Positions 1 to 13,531 of a stretch of 44,377 nt of DNA are shown here, in pieces. Position 1 is the stretch's first letter. Each line of letters begins with the position of its first letter. The notes under the pieces are model-generated. The model searched no databases, had not been told where the DNA came from, and saw only the letters and a program-made list of their open reading frames with translations. The position numbers were made by a program, and so were the translations under genes. The stretch is from Archaeoglobaceae archaeon (GTDB taxonomy: Archaea > Halobacteriota > Archaeoglobi > Archaeoglobales > Archaeoglobaceae), in contig JAWAQR010000010.1 in NCBI GenBank assembly GCA_038893835.1, positions 1-44,377 of the forward strand, in the 5' to 3' direction.

Positions 1-473
1 TAACCAATTTTCTCTATTTTCTCTCTTATCTCATCCGGAATTTTCCCAGAATTTAGAATTTCAACTTTTTCTCCAGCTTCAATTGAAAAGAGAAAAACGT
101 ATCTGTTTGGGGGTGAATTCGAATCTCCAAAGGCTGGTGCATCTGTTATTGCATAGGAAAAAATCGCCATAAGGCATAAAACTGTCACCAAACCTGTCAT
201 CGAAGAAGGCCTTTTTCTCACTTTCTTTTCAACTCTGTCCTTTTCTCTCAATCTGGAAAGAGTTGCGATCATCATTGCAGTGATTATTCCAGCCCCTACA
301 GCTGCTTCCGTAAATGCAACGTCCGGCGAATTCAGCTGGAGCCAGACGTTTGACATTATAAATCCGTAAGCTCCTAAAGCCACAATTGCCACAAGCAGAT
401 CTCTAACCAAAACGACGCAGACCGCTATGATGATTAAAATTAATAGCAGAATTAGGTCAAGGGGGAGTATCAT
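1..473 (-). CDS. mnhB: Mrp/Mnh-type Na+/H+ antiporter subunit B (DUF4040 + MnhB region), runs off window edge
   Basis: Not in ORF track; manual translation MILPLDLILLL...RDLLVAIVALGAYG...LNSPDVAFTEAAVGAG carries the DUF4040 PDVAxTEAAVGAG motif; ATGA overlap with mnhE stop. Confidence 0.8.
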   Translation of the reverse strand, partial: MILPLDLILLLILIIIAVCVVLVRDLLVAIVALGAYGFIMSNVWLQLNSPDVAFTEAAVGAGIITAMMIATLSRLREKDRVEKKVRKRPSSMTGLVTVLCLMAIFSYAITDAPAFGDSNSPPNRYVFLFSIEAGEKVEILNSGKIPDEIREKIEKIG

Positions 474-988
474 TTCTCCTCACCTTCCATGAAAACGTGG
501 CATACCTTTTTTATCATTGTTCTATCTTCAGTCAGCGCAAGTGCAGGCTCTTTTGCAATTGCATGGACTAAAAATTTACCACTTTCATCCACATCAATTG
601 TTATTGTCCCTGGTGTTAGAGTTATGGAATTTGCGAGCGTTGTTATTGCAACATCGCTCTTCAACGGGGTTTTAAACTCGATTATTCTTGGATCTACATC
701 TCTGAATCCAAGAACACGTAGAGAGACATCGACTGTGGCAAGGAAAATTTGATAAAGTTGCCAGATTGAATAAAAAACAAATCTAATTAGAATTTTACCA
801 AGTAATTTGAACCTTTCAGATTTTAGAAGTTCATGCATTGTAAAAGTAACTATTAGAGCGACGATGACACCACTCAAAAACCTTGAAAGCTCATAATAGC
901 CTACTATGTAAACATTCCAAGCCGAAAAAATAAGCCAGAGAAGGAGAGATAAAATGAAAGTTACGATTAAAGATGAGATTTTTTTCAT
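470..988 (-). CDS. mnhE: Na+/H+ antiporter subunit E
   Basis: LANSITLTPGTITID motif; likely start MKKISS at 988 (ATGA overlap with mnhG stop), not 1168. Confidence 0.88.
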   Translation of the reverse strand: MKKISSLIVTFILSLLLWLIFSAWNVYIVGYYELSRFLSGVIVALIVTFTMHELLKSERFKLLGKILIRFVFYSIWQLYQIFLATVDVSLRVLGFRDVDPRIIEFKTPLKSDVAITTLANSITLTPGTITIDVDESGKFLVHAIAKEPALALTEDRTMIKKVCHVFMEGEEK

Positions 989-1290
989 CTCTCTCTCCTC
1001 CAGACTTTTTCTCCTCTGTAAAATGCCGCCTTTACAATCGCATGAGTTGCGGCAGGCATTGAAAGAAGGTAAAAAAATGCTATGAGCACGAGTTTTATCG
1101 ATATAAAGCTCAAACCCTCGTAGACAGCGCAACCAACGATTATCAAAAACTGCCCCATTGTATCGCACTTTCCTATAGCATGCATTCTTGTATAAAAATC
1201 TGGGAATTTTAATAACCCAAGAGCGCCGAGAAACATGAAAGTAGCTCCAGTAAAAATCAAGATCACAGAGATTAAGTTGATGGCGAGCAT
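985..1290 (-). CDS. mnhG: Na+/H+ antiporter subunit G
   Basis: FPDFYTRMHA motif, three hydrophobic helices. Confidence 0.9.
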   Translation of the reverse strand: MLAINLISVILIFTGATFMFLGALGLLKFPDFYTRMHAIGKCDTMGQFLIIVGCAVYEGLSFISIKLVLIAFFYLLSMPAATHAIVKAAFYRGEKVWRRER

Positions 1291-1547
1291 AATTCTCCCC
1301 TTAGTAGGTATTTGGCCACTATTATCGTGCCGATGAAGTTAAGTAATGCGTACATGAGGGCTATGTCTATGAAATGCGGTCTTTCAATGATGAAGCCTAC
1401 AATGACTATGAGAACCATAGCCTTTGTTCCAATCGCACCCGTTGCTGCAATGCGGTTGAAGATTCCTGGGCCGACTATTAGGCGGTAAAGACAGATAAGC
1501 ATTGCGAAACCGAGTAGAATTCCGACTGCGAGGAAAACAAAAACCAT
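1272..1547 (-). CDS. mnhF: Na+/H+ antiporter subunit F
   Basis: YRLIVGPGIFNRIAA...DIALMYALLNFIGT MrpF pattern. Confidence 0.88.
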   Translation of the reverse strand: MVFVFLAVGILLGFAMLICLYRLIVGPGIFNRIAATGAIGTKAMVLIVIVGFIIERPHFIDIALMYALLNFIGTIIVAKYLLRGELCSPST

Positions 1548-1621
1548 AGTACAAGTAAAATCACAGATATATGAATTTTACTAAAATTTCATGAAGATCT
1601 TTTGAATTGTAGAAACGTTAA

Positions 1622-4303
<2,682 letters not shown>

Positions 4304-4307
<4 letters not shown>

Positions 4308-5077
4308 TTTTGTTCTCAACGATGTTTTTCTATGAATATTCCACAGACATGATCGCGAAAGCGGTTGAGCTATCTGAATGTGATGGTGTTGAGTTCTGGG
4401 TGGAAACACCATATTTTTGGGTGGATAGAAATACGGAGAAGCTTCAAAGTCTTTTAGATTTTGAAATAACTCTTCATGCACCAGTTCTAGATCTAAACCC
4501 GACATCGGTTAACAGCTCTGTCGGAAATTTGAGTCTGAAAGAGACCCTTTATACGATCTCACTCTGCAGGGAAATCGGTGGCAGTCTTGTAACAATACAT
4601 GCTGGTAAAAGAAGCGCTGCAAGAGAGCCTGTTTGGGCAGATTATAATTCCCTTCATAGATATCTCAGAATATCTTCGAGATTTTCCAGAATAAAGGGAG
4701 TCAATTTATCGCTTGAAAATTCGGAAAAAAAGGTGAACTTTCTTTGCAAAACAGTTGATGAGCTTGAAAGCTTTGTAAAGACATACGATCTTTTAATCAC
4801 ATATGACATAAAACACTCTCTTTACGATGAAAGCTTTTTAAAGCTTTTTGATAGGATTTGCAACGTTCATGTTAGTTCAGATCTCGATGGAAAACACGTT
4901 AGAGCAAGTAAAAGTGAAGAAGTCAGGAGAATACTGAAAGAACTCGCAGATATCGGTTATAGCGGTTTTTTGACAATCGAGTTAGATGACCTTGGAATGG
5001 GGGAAATGGATTTTGGAAAAAAGGTGGAAATTTTAAAGGAAGAAGTAAACTTTTTGAGAACAATTTTTTCCAGATGA
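4304..5077 (+). CDS. Sugar-phosphate isomerase/AP endonuclease family 2 TIM-barrel protein
   Basis: HAP, vtiHaG, slEN, DikH, vHvS, tiE metal-ligand pattern. Confidence 0.8.
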
Positions 5078-5117
5078 TTTTGGGAAAGAATTTTAAAATC
5101 GAATCACTACGAGCTTC

Positions 5118-6365
5118 ATGAAATTCGACAGGTCTAGGGAATTATACAGCGAAGCTGTGAAGCTCATGCCCGGAGGGGTTAGTAGTCCAGTAAGAGCTTT
5201 TAAACCACATCCATTCTTTGTGGCTAAGGCTAAAGGTTCAAAGATATATGATGTCGATGGAAATGAATTTATAGATTATTGCATGGCTTATGGAGCTCTC
5301 ATTCTCGGTCATGCGAATGAAGAGGTAAAGAATGCAATAAAGGAAAAGCTGGAAGATGGATGGATATATGGGGCGCCAATAGAGCTGGAAGTCGAGTATG
5401 CAAAGCTGATAAGGAGATATTATCCATCAATAGAAATGCTCAGGTTTGTTAATACTGGAAGTGAAGCCACGATGTCAGCTTTGAGGCTTGCGAGAGGTTT
5501 TACTGGAAAGGATAAGATTGTAAAAATTGAGGGTAGCTTTCATGGATCTCATGAAGCAGTCCTTGTCAAAGCCGGTAGTGGAGCCACTACTTTTGGAATT
5601 CCAAATTCTGCCGGAGTTCCAAGGGACTTTGTTAAGAACACCTTGCAAGTTCCCTACAACGATGTAGAAACTCTTTCGGAAATTCTGGAGAAGGATAAGG
5701 AAATAGCTGCAGTGATAATGGAGCCCGTTATGGGAAACTCGTCACTCATCTTACCTGAAAGAGATTATTTGAAAGAAGTTAGGAAAATAACTAGAGAAAA
5801 CGATGTTCTTTTGATATTTGATGAGATAATAACAGGATTTAGGCTGGCAATGGGTGGAGCTCAGGAATTTTATGGTGTTAAAGCTGATATAACAACCCTT
5901 GGAAAGATAGCGGGAGGAGGTTTTCCTATTGGGATTTATGGTGGAAGGAGAGAGATAATGGAAAGGATAGCACCATCCGGCGATGTTTATCAGGCCGGAA
6001 CTTTCAGCGGAAATCCTATAAGTCTACTTGCGGGATATGTAACCGTAAAATTCTTGGAAAAAAACAGAGTTTTGGAGGATACAGCAAAGAAAACGAGAGA
6101 ACTATGTGAGAGCTTGAGAGATAATTTGAAAGGGGTCGAAATAGCCTATATAGCTTCCATGTTCTGCATATACTTTGGAAAGACTCCAAAGAATTATTTG
6201 GATGCGTTAAAACTGGATAAGGAAGCTTATATGAAGTTCTTCTGGAATCTGTTGGAAAGGGGTATATTTTTACCCCCATCCCAGTTTGAAGTGTGTTTTA
6301 TGAGCTTTTCCCATAGCTATGAAGATATTGAGAGAACAGCTAAGGCTATATTGGAGGTTTTATGA
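5118..6365 (+). CDS. hemL: Glutamate-1-semialdehyde 2,1-aminomutase
   Basis: [39 protein letters not shown]. Confidence 0.97.
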   Translation: MKFDRSRELYSEAVKLMPGGVSSPVRAFKPHPFFVAKAKGSKIYDVDGNEFIDYCMAYGALILGHANEEVKNAIKEKLEDGWIYGAPIELEVEYAKLIRRYYPSIEMLRFVNTGSEATMSALRLARGFTGKDKIVKIEGSFHGSHEAVLVKAGSGATTFGIPNSAGVPRDFVKNTLQVPYNDVETLSEILEKDKEIAAVIMEPVMGNSSLILPERDYLKEVRKITRENDVLLIFDEIITGFRLAMGGAQEFYGVKADITTLGKIAGGGFPIGIYGGRREIMERIAPSGDVYQAGTFSGNPISLLAGYVTVKFLEKNRVLEDTAKKTRELCESLRDNLKGVEIAYIASMFCIYFGKTPKNYLDALKLDKEAYMKFFWNLLERGIFLPPSQFEVCFMSFSHSYEDIERTAKAILEVL

Positions 6366-7219
6366 AGATTAGAGTTGGGACTAGGGGTAGTAAGCTCGCT
6401 CTGGTTCAGACGATGATGGTGGTGGAGAGATTGGAGAAGGAGGGGTATGAGGTTGAGGTTAAAGTGATCAAGACAACTGGAGATATAATGAAGGATAAAC
6501 CCTTACATGAATTCAAAGGAATTGGCGCTTTTGTTAGGGCAATCGACACAGCACTTGCAAGGGGGGAAATTGATGTAGCTGTTCACAGCTATAAAGATGT
6601 CCCAAGTGCTAGGGTTGAAGGGACGAAGATATCAGCAGTACTGGAAAGAGATAGCCCTTGTGATGTGTTGATTTCTAAAGATGGAAAAAGATTGGAAGAG
6701 CTTGAAACAGGGGCAAAGATAGGGACATCCAGTTTGAGAAGAAGAGCGCAGTTTGCAAGATTGCGCGGAGATCTGAGTTTTGAAAATTTGCGTGGAAATT
6801 TGGACACGAGAATTAGGAAGTTAAAAGAAGGTCTTTACGATGCGATAATAGTTGCAGAGGCAGGGATTCGGAGACTGGGAATTGAAGTTAAATATCAGAG
6901 ATTTCCTCCAGATTTAATAGTCCCCCCTCCAAATCAAGGAATAATAGCGATCGCAACTAGGGTTGGAGAGGAGGATTTGGTATCTTTCATGAACGATGAG
7001 AAAACTTGGATTGAGGCACAGGTTGAAAGGATCATTGCAAGGGAATTGGGATTTGGCTGTGCGGTTCCATTTGGTGTTTATGCGGAATTAAGGGGGGAAA
7101 GGGTTAAGGTGATATGCGAAGTTCTTGGAGATAATTACATAAGAGTCGAGGATAGCATTTCAAAATATTCGATAGAGGAGGCTATAGAAATAGCGAAAAG
7201 GGTCAAATATGGCAGGTAA
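6362..7219 (+). CDS. hemC: Hydroxymethylbilane synthase (porphobilinogen deaminase)
   Basis: [34 protein letters not shown] cofactor Cys. Confidence 0.97.
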   Translation: MKIRVGTRGSKLALVQTMMVVERLEKEGYEVEVKVIKTTGDIMKDKPLHEFKGIGAFVRAIDTALARGEIDVAVHSYKDVPSARVEGTKISAVLERDSPCDVLISKDGKRLEELETGAKIGTSSLRRRAQFARLRGDLSFENLRGNLDTRIRKLKEGLYDAIIVAEAGIRRLGIEVKYQRFPPDLIVPPPNQGIIAIATRVGEEDLVSFMNDEKTWIEAQVERIIARELGFGCAVPFGVYAELRGERVKVICEVLGDNYIRVEDSISKYSIEEAIEIAKRVKYGR

Positions 7220-7961
7220 GGTATTTATTGTTGGTGCAGGACCTGGAAAGAAGGATTTGCTAACAATTAAAGCGCTCAAAGTAATAAAAGAGGCGGATGT
7301 AATTCTATACGATGATTTGATCGGCGATGTAATCGAAGTCTTGAAGGAGACAAAAGCTGAATTGATAAGCGTTGGAAAAAGGAAGGGTGCACATAAGTTT
7401 GAACAGGATGAAATAAACAGAATGCTTGTAGATTTTGCAAAAGCGGGGAAAAAAGTTGTTCGATTAAAGGGTGGGGACCCCTTTGTCTTTGGTAGGGGAG
7501 GGGAAGAGATGGAGTATTTGGCTAAAGAGGGAATAGAATTCGAATATATTCCTGGAGTCAGTTCTGCAATCGCAGTTCCTGGAGCTGTGGGGATTCCGAT
7601 AACACACAGAAATTTCGATCCGGCAGTAGTTTTCATCACAGGTCATGAAAGCAGAGAAAGGATTAACTGGGATGCGCTGGCAAAGATGAACGCGACGATT
7701 GTAGTTCTCATGGGGTTGTCCAACATAGAGAAGATTTGCAGAAATCTGATAGAACATGGAAAGAATCCAGAAACACCCGTGGCTGTTATAGAGAAGGGAT
7801 TTTCTAAAGAGCAGAGAGTTGTTGAGGGGAAGCTTAAGGATATAGCGGAGAAGGTAAAAGTCGAGGGAATTTCTCCACCAACAGTAATAGTGATTGGAAA
7901 AGTTGTTGAGATCAGGAAAAAAGTTGCGGAATTTCTGAAGTATTCGGAAGAGAAAAATTAA
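7209..7961 (+). CDS. cobA: Uroporphyrinogen-III C-methyltransferase
   Basis: VGAGPG, VVRLKGGDPFVFGRGGEE, IPITHR. Confidence 0.95.
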   Translation: MAGKVFIVGAGPGKKDLLTIKALKVIKEADVILYDDLIGDVIEVLKETKAELISVGKRKGAHKFEQDEINRMLVDFAKAGKKVVRLKGGDPFVFGRGGEEMEYLAKEGIEFEYIPGVSSAIAVPGAVGIPITHRNFDPAVVFITGHESRERINWDALAKMNATIVVLMGLSNIEKICRNLIEHGKNPETPVAVIEKGFSKEQRVVEGKLKDIAEKVKVEGISPPTVIVIGKVVEIRKKVAEFLKYSEEKN

Positions 7962-7980
7962 TTTTTCAAAAAATTTTTTT

Positions 7981-8526
7981 ATGGTGCTTAGGGAAAGAGA
8001 TTTTGCAGAAGAGGCTGTTAAAATCTGTGCCTTCATAATGGCTGAAAGTGCCAGAACGGCACCGAAATCGAAGGGAATCGATGATCTAGAGATTCTTTAC
8101 ATTGGGAGGGAGAAGATTGAGGAGATCGCAAAGAAGATGGAAGAATTTGCTGTTGAAGATAAAGATTTCTTAAGAGATGCTAACAGCATTAGGAAGGCGA
8201 AAGGAATTCTCGTTCTAGGAATAAAGGGTGGGAGACCAATTGGAGTCAATTGCGGAGCCTGTGGATTTAGTAGCTGTTCTGAATTTGAAAAGGCGGAAAG
8301 AAAGGAGGTAAAATTCAGAGGTCCAAACTGTGCCTTTAAATTGATAGATCTCGGTATAGCTCTTGGGAGTGCAGCAAAAATCTCGGCGATCCTTGGAGTG
8401 GATACTAGGATAATGTATAGAGTCGCATTGGCTATTAAAAAGCTCGGAATTATGGACTGTGACGTTCTTTTTGCAATTCCAATAGCTTCGGAAGGCAAAA
8501 ATCCTTTTTTTGATCGTCAACGCTGA
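7981..8526 (+). CDS. DUF2148-type ferredoxin-domain protein
   Basis: SARTAPK.KG.D, CGACGFSSC...GPNC, DLGIALGSA, DTRIMY. Confidence 0.8.
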   Translation: MVLRERDFAEEAVKICAFIMAESARTAPKSKGIDDLEILYIGREKIEEIAKKMEEFAVEDKDFLRDANSIRKAKGILVLGIKGGRPIGVNCGACGFSSCSEFEKAERKEVKFRGPNCAFKLIDLGIALGSAAKISAILGVDTRIMYRVALAIKKLGIMDCDVLFAIPIASEGKNPFFDRQR

Positions 8527-8720
8527 TCAACAACTTTTGCATCGTAGCCAAGCTCTCTTATCGCTTCTATTATTTTTTCAATTCTTCCATTGATCAATTC
8601 CACTTCAGCCTCTTTTAAGTTGATCCCTTTAACAATTCCTCCATTCTCCTCTATTACCTCTCTAACAGCGCTTATGCATCCCCTACATTTTAAACCGCTG
8701 AGTGAAAGTTTTACAATCAT
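8517..8720 (-). CDS. Heavy-metal-associated (CopZ-like) metal chaperone
   Basis: GLKCRGC (xxCxxC) and AIRELGY C-terminal motif; start MIVKL at 8720. Confidence 0.82.
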   Translation of the reverse strand: MIVKLSLSGLKCRGCISAVREVIEENGGIVKGINLKEAEVELINGRIEKIIEAIRELGYDAKVVDQR

Positions 8721-8748
8721 AGAAAGTGCTAAACAACATTTTTTATAA

Positions 8749-8810
8749 TCTTGTCGCTCCACCAACCGACCTAGGATCATGCTTCTCACCTAGGTGTGAG
8801 AGGTGGAGCA
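8749..8810 (-). ncRNA. Box H/ACA pseudouridylation guide RNA, Afu-46-like
   Basis: Minus strand reads GCTCCACC-TCTCACA-CCTAGG-TGAGAAGCATGAT-CCTAGG-TCGGTT-GGTGGAGC-G-ACA: lower stem, internal pocket, upper stem, K-loop, 3' ACA box; TATA-like TTTTTAAT ~20-26 bp upstream. Confidence 0.85.
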
Positions 8811-8857
8811 AAAACAGTTGTTGGAAAAATTAAAAAGCTTTTCGTTATGCTAAATTT

Positions 8858-9739
8858 GTGGATGTGGAGATACTGGAGCTCGAAATCCCCTTTAAAAATC
8901 CGAGTTCTGTTTATGTTTATCTTCTAGATTCAAGAGTTCTTGTTGACGCTGGTTTTTGTTCAACCAGCAATGTGGAAAAAATAGCCGAGCTAGAGCCGGA
9001 GCTTTGCGTAATAACGCATCACCACATAGATCACGTAGGTTACGCATTTTTTTCTGATATTCCTTTTTACCTCAGCAAGACTGAAGCCGAACTGATAAAG
9101 ATATATGAGAATCCAAAGACTTTTTTAGACTGGCAAAGAGAAGTCTGTAGAAGATATGGGATTCCAGAAAGTTATCTGAAGCCATTAGAAATTTTGCAGA
9201 TGTTAAATCTGAAGCTTAAGGGAAAAATAAAGTATGCTGAAAAATTGGAATGTCTCGAGTTTATAGTCATTCCTGGCCACTCTCCTGGGCATCTATGCAT
9301 TTTAAAAGACAATGCTTTATTTTCTGGAGATGCAATTTTGAGTGAAACAACGCCAAATCTATCTTTTTACCAGCATTTTCCAGCTGGGCTTGAGGATTAC
9401 ATTTCCTCACTTGAAAGGCTAAAGAACCTCGAGATCGAAGTCATATATCCGGCGCATGAAAAGAGGATCTATGATCCAATCGATAGAATCGAGGCTTTGA
9501 TAGATCACTATAAGCAAAGACTCATCGAAGTTGTAGAAATTCTGGAGAAACCATCGAGTGTTGAAGAGATCGCAAGGAACATCAAATGGACTGTGAAATA
9601 CGAGAAACTAGACCCATTCAACAAATATCTAGCAAATCTAGAAACGTTGGCTTACCTGAGATATTTAAAGAATAGGGGAATTGTAAAGGAAATATTCGAA
9701 GGGATAGTGAAATTTGCAATCGCATCAAAGGAGGCTTAA
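8858..9739 (+). CDS. MBL-fold metallo-hydrolase with C-terminal wHTH-like domain
   Basis: THHHIDH, PGHSPGH, SGD, PAH motifs. Confidence 0.9.
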   Translation: MDVEILELEIPFKNPSSVYVYLLDSRVLVDAGFCSTSNVEKIAELEPELCVITHHHIDHVGYAFFSDIPFYLSKTEAELIKIYENPKTFLDWQREVCRRYGIPESYLKPLEILQMLNLKLKGKIKYAEKLECLEFIVIPGHSPGHLCILKDNALFSGDAILSETTPNLSFYQHFPAGLEDYISSLERLKNLEIEVIYPAHEKRIYDPIDRIEALIDHYKQRLIEVVEILEKPSSVEEIARNIKWTVKYEKLDPFNKYLANLETLAYLRYLKNRGIVKEIFEGIVKFAIASKEA

Positions 9740-10122
9740 ATTGCCCACAAACCGTTATATTTTAATAAATTTATAGTGTGATTGAATTAATTTTTAAACT
9801 TTGACAGATCATCAGCAATTCTAATTGTAACTTAATATATTTTACATTTTTATTACATTAAGTAGCAAGTCCACAATTCCTTGCTTTATAACTGCTCTCG
9901 TTTAACCATGCAAGTGTAAAATCCCTTCACAACAAGTTGTTTATTTTTATTACAATATCAACTGCAGCTTTTTTAACGCATTCTTGGAAAGTCTCCTCTC
10001 TTATCTCCATCCAAAACTTTCACAATTGGCAGCCCACAAAAGCTGAAGTTTTGCATTAGAAAAGCGAATAAATTGGGAACTCAAGCTTAATCAAAATTTT
10101 GTTAATATTTCAAGATAATCTA

Positions 10123-10205
10123 TGCGGGGGGAGGGATTTGAACCCTCGAACCCCTACGGGACTGGACCCTAAATCCAGCGCCTTTGGCCACTCGGCAACC
10201 CCCGC
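10123..10205 (-). tRNA. tRNA-Leu(TAG)
   Basis: GCGGGGG acceptor stem, anticodon arm CTGGA-TT-TAG-GG-TCCAG, long variable arm, GTTCAAATC T-loop. Confidence 0.95.
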
Positions 10206-10290
10206 TCAAGTCTAAATTTACAAAGAGATTTATGAAATTTTTGGTAATGTGAGAAAAATCTTAAATATCCGAACGTATTAAATAAAATAA

Positions 10291-10366
10291 GCCGCCGTAG
10301 CTCAGCTGGTAGAGCGGTGGCCTGTTAAGCCATTGGTCGCAGGTTCGAACCCTGCCGGCGGCGCCA
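10291..10366 (+). tRNA. tRNA-Asn(GTT), CCA encoded
   Basis: GCCGCCG/CGGCGGC acceptor stem, GTGGC-CT-GTT-AA-GCCAT anticodon arm, GTTCGAAC; TTAAATA box upstream. Confidence 0.96.
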
Positions 10367-10476
10367 TATTTTTGAAATGAAAATGAAGTCGACTAATTTT
10401 TAAACCTTCTCTATGTGAATTAAAGAAGCAAAACATAAGAGACCGACATTTTTAAATTCCAGAAACGAGATGGATT

Positions 10477-10872
10477 ATGAAGTGGTTAATAGTCGCATTG
10501 ATTGTGCTTACAATGGCAATCATTTCTCTCTCTAGTTTGGAAATATCTTATGGAGCTGTTATACTGCTTGGACCAATCCCAATAGTTCTGGCTTCTGACG
10601 TTTCAATAGCTTTCCTTTTAATTTTGCTTACAATCGTTCTCTTATTTTTCCTCTTATTCATGAACTTTTTGATCAGGGAGTCGCTAAAAACTGAACACAT
10701 AAAATCGAGGGATCTGAAAGATGAAAAAGCTGAAAAGAAATACGGTGGATTAGTCTTAATAGGGCCGTTACCAATAATCTTTGGCGAAGCTAGAATGGCG
10801 ATAATTGCAAGTTTTTTGGCTATAATTTTAATGATCCTAGCATTATTTTTATTGTTTGGGTGGTTGAGATGA
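10477..10872 (+). CDS. DUF131/TIGR00304 family membrane protein
   Basis: Two copies of G(A/G)V(I/V)L(L/I)GP(I/L)PI motif. Confidence 0.8.
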   Translation: MKWLIVALIVLTMAIISLSSLEISYGAVILLGPIPIVLASDVSIAFLLILLTIVLLFFLLFMNFLIRESLKTEHIKSRDLKDEKAEKKYGGLVLIGPLPIIFGEARMAIIASFLAIILMILALFLLFGWLR

Positions 10873-11444
10873 TGGAAAAAAAGATAGTTTATTTTGAAAA
10901 ACCAGGTCCACAGAATACAGAGGCGACTTTAAAGCTGGCATTTGAAAGGGCAAAAGAACTTGGGATAACGCATGTAGTTATAGCTTCTTCATATGGGGAG
11001 ACTGCAAAAAAAGCATTAGAGTTCTTGGATGGAAACATCAAGCTCGTCGTCGTAACTTATCACACAGGATTCGTTGAAGAAGGGAAGAACACGATGGACA
11101 TAGAAACTGAGAACTTTTTGAGAAGTAAAGGGGTTACAATAGTCAGACAAACTCATGTGCTTTCAGGTGTTGAGAGAAGCATAAGTAGAAAACTTGGTGG
11201 TATTAGTCGGGTGGAAGCAATTGCTGAAGCTCTTCGTTCCCTTTTTGGACACGGTTTGAAAGTCTGTGTTGAAATAGCGATAATGGCCGCTGACAGCGGA
11301 GCAATTCCAATCAGAGAAGTTGTCGCAGTTGGTGGAAGATCCAGAGGGGCTGATACTGCTGTAGTCATTCGCCCAGCTCACATGAACAACTTCTTCGATG
11401 CTCAAATAAAGGAAATCATCTGTATGCCTAGAGAAAAGCGTTAA
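10869..11444 (+). CDS. Pyruvate-kinase C-terminal-like domain protein (MTH1675-like)
   Basis: [38 protein letters not shown]. Confidence 0.82.
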   Translation: MMEKKIVYFEKPGPQNTEATLKLAFERAKELGITHVVIASSYGETAKKALEFLDGNIKLVVVTYHTGFVEEGKNTMDIETENFLRSKGVTIVRQTHVLSGVERSISRKLGGISRVEAIAEALRSLFGHGLKVCVEIAIMAADSGAIPIREVVAVGGRSRGADTAVVIRPAHMNNFFDAQIKEIICMPREKR

Positions 11445-12385
11445 TCTACGTCAACGATTTTCACCTCTTCTTCCCTTATTTCATCGTAACCCAACCTCTC
11501 CTTTATTACCAAATAAGCCATCTCTGGTGGTATTGCACCTATCTCGGTTATTATGACATCTATGTAATCCCTAGGAGTTACATCGAAAGCGGGATTTCTG
11601 GCTTTTATTCCAAGATCCAGTAGCTCCTTTGGCAGAACTTCCTCAGCAGATCTCTCTTCAATAACGACGAGCTCTCCAGCAAGAGTTCTTGGACTGAATT
11701 TATACGTTTCCGCTGCAACTATGAATGGTACTCTAGCCTCTTTTGCACACAGTGCAATTTGAGAAGTTCCAATTTTGTTTATCAGTGCACCATTGGCAGT
11801 TATCGTATCTGCACCGACCAAAACTAAGTCAACTTCTTTCATAAAAAACCTAACAGCCGAATCCACGATCACGGTTACATCTATCCCAGCTTCTTTTAGC
11901 TGCCTAGCAGTTATATGCCCCTGCCATCTCGGCCTAGATTCAGTTGCAATCACTTCCAACTTCTTCCCCATTTCATGCGCTTTTTTTATCACTGCAATTG
12001 CGGTGGAAGAATTGCAATGAGTTAGTATGGTTGAACCATCTTTTATCCTTTTCTCCCCGATTTCTGCAATCTTTTTCTGTGCACTGTCGATCCAGCTTAT
12101 GAACTCATCAGCCCTCTTTATCAGATTCTCTCTTTTTTCATCAACACTTTTCCCCTTGTAACGCATAACGTAGTTTATTGCATTGTAAAGACTAACGGCA
12201 GTTGGACGGGAGTTAAGAAGTAGCTGAGAAGCCTTTTGCATCTCTTCATCAAAGTTTTTTTCAACCTTTAAAGCATACTCCTTCAAAACCTGAACTGCAA
12301 ATTTCGCGATTTTCGAAGCTCCTCGAACTTCCATAGATCTAATCTTTTCGACTGCAGTCAGAATGTCCATGTAAGGAACTCTCAC
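11441..12385 (-). CDS. Ribose-1,5-bisphosphate isomerase (eIF2B family, AMP salvage)
   Basis: [35 protein letters not shown]. Confidence 0.88.
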   Translation of the reverse strand: MRVPYMDILTAVEKIRSMEVRGASKIAKFAVQVLKEYALKVEKNFDEEMQKASQLLLNSRPTAVSLYNAINYVMRYKGKSVDEKRENLIKRADEFISWIDSAQKKIAEIGEKRIKDGSTILTHCNSSTAIAVIKKAHEMGKKLEVIATESRPRWQGHITARQLKEAGIDVTVIVDSAVRFFMKEVDLVLVGADTITANGALINKIGTSQIALCAKEARVPFIVAAETYKFSPRTLAGELVVIEERSAEEVLPKELLDLGIKARNPAFDVTPRDYIDVIITEIGAIPPEMAYLVIKERLGYDEIREEEVKIVDVD

Positions 12386-12418
12386 AATCGTTTAAATATC
12401 TTCGCACGAACTTCCTCT

Positions 12419-13531
12419 ATGGAAAAAGTGTGCATAGTACACTACGGCGAGATAGGGATTAAAGGGAAGAACAGGGAGTTCTTTGAAAGAAAGTTGGTTG
12501 AAAACATTAAAAGATACGCGAAGGCGAGGCGTAGATTTGGCTGGATAGAGGTTTCTTACAAAGATGGAGTTGAAGAAAAACTAAAAAAGATTCCAGGAAT
12601 AAGGTATTTTGGCATAGGCTTCAAAACAAAACTCGAAATCGAGGCTATAAAGGAAGCTGCACTCAAGGTTTTGCCAGAAGATTTCGAAACTTTTAAAGTC
12701 TCAGCATCGAGGAGGAACAAGAATTTTCCCCTGAATTCGATTGAAATAAACAAAGTTGTTGGTGCATACTTGGTTGAGAAGACTGGGAAAAAAGTGGATC
12801 TTGAAAATCCAGATGTCACAGTATGGATCGAAGTTGGAAATGAGGCTCTGGTTTATGCAAAGAGATATGAAGGAGTTGGAGGCTTACCGGTTGGATCAGC
12901 TGGAAAAGTGGTTTCATTGGTCTCCGGCGGAATTGATAGCCCAGTCGCGAGTTTTTTGGCTATGAAAAGGGGTTGTGAAGTCGTTGTTGCACACTTCTTC
13001 AACAGAACGCTGCATTCGGAAAACGTGAGAAAGAAAATATACATGATCGCTGAAAAACTCGCGGAATTTCAGGGATCGCTTAAACTCTACATGGTCCCAT
13101 TTGAGGAAGTGCAAATGGAGATAATCCGAATAGTTCCTGCAAAATTAAGAATGGTGGTCTATAGAAGGAGTATGATGAGAATGGCGAACGAGATTGCTGA
13201 AAGAGAAAATGCAAAAGCAATAGTAACCGGCGACAACATATCGCAAGTTGCGAGTCAAACGCTTGAAAATCTAAACACGATCTACTCCGCTTCAAAACTC
13301 CTCGTTTTATCTCCTTTGCTTGGATTTGATAAGGAGGAAATAATTGCAATTGCAAAGAAAATCGGAACTTATGATATCTCCATTTTGCCCTATGAAGATT
13401 GCTGCTCTTTGATGGTCGCAAAGCATCCTGAGACAAGAGCCAAGAAGGAGGTTGTTGAGGAATTTGAGGAATTTGAAGATTTGGAAAAAAATGCTGTTGA
13501 AAAAGCTGAGATTCTTGAATTTCACTCGTAA
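12419..13531 (+). CDS. thiI: tRNA 4-thiouridine synthase (THUMP + PP-loop, no rhodanese domain)
   Basis: [32 protein letters not shown]. Confidence 0.95.
   Translation: MEKVCIVHYGEIGIKGKNREFFERKLVENIKRYAKARRRFGWIEVSYKDGVEEKLKKIPGIRYFGIGFKTKLEIEAIKEAALKVLPEDFETFKVSASRRNKNFPLNSIEINKVVGAYLVEKTGKKVDLENPDVTVWIEVGNEALVYAKRYEGVGGLPVGSAGKVVSLVSGGIDSPVASFLAMKRGCEVVVAHFFNRTLHSENVRKKIYMIAEKLAEFQGSLKLYMVPFEEVQMEIIRIVPAKLRMVVYRRSMMRMANEIAERENAKAIVTGDNISQVASQTLENLNTIYSASKLLVLSPLLGFDKEEIIAIAKKIGTYDISILPYEDCCSLMVAKHPETRAKKEVVEEFEEFEDLEKNAVEKAEILEFHS

Noticed and set aside
989-1168. N-terminal extension of the 232-aa mnhE ORF
   Set aside because: Overlaps mnhG on the same strand; the ATG at 988 gives a normal MnhE.
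8721-8789. N-terminal extension of the HMA protein
   Set aside because: Runs through the H/ACA RNA; the HMA domain starts at 8720.
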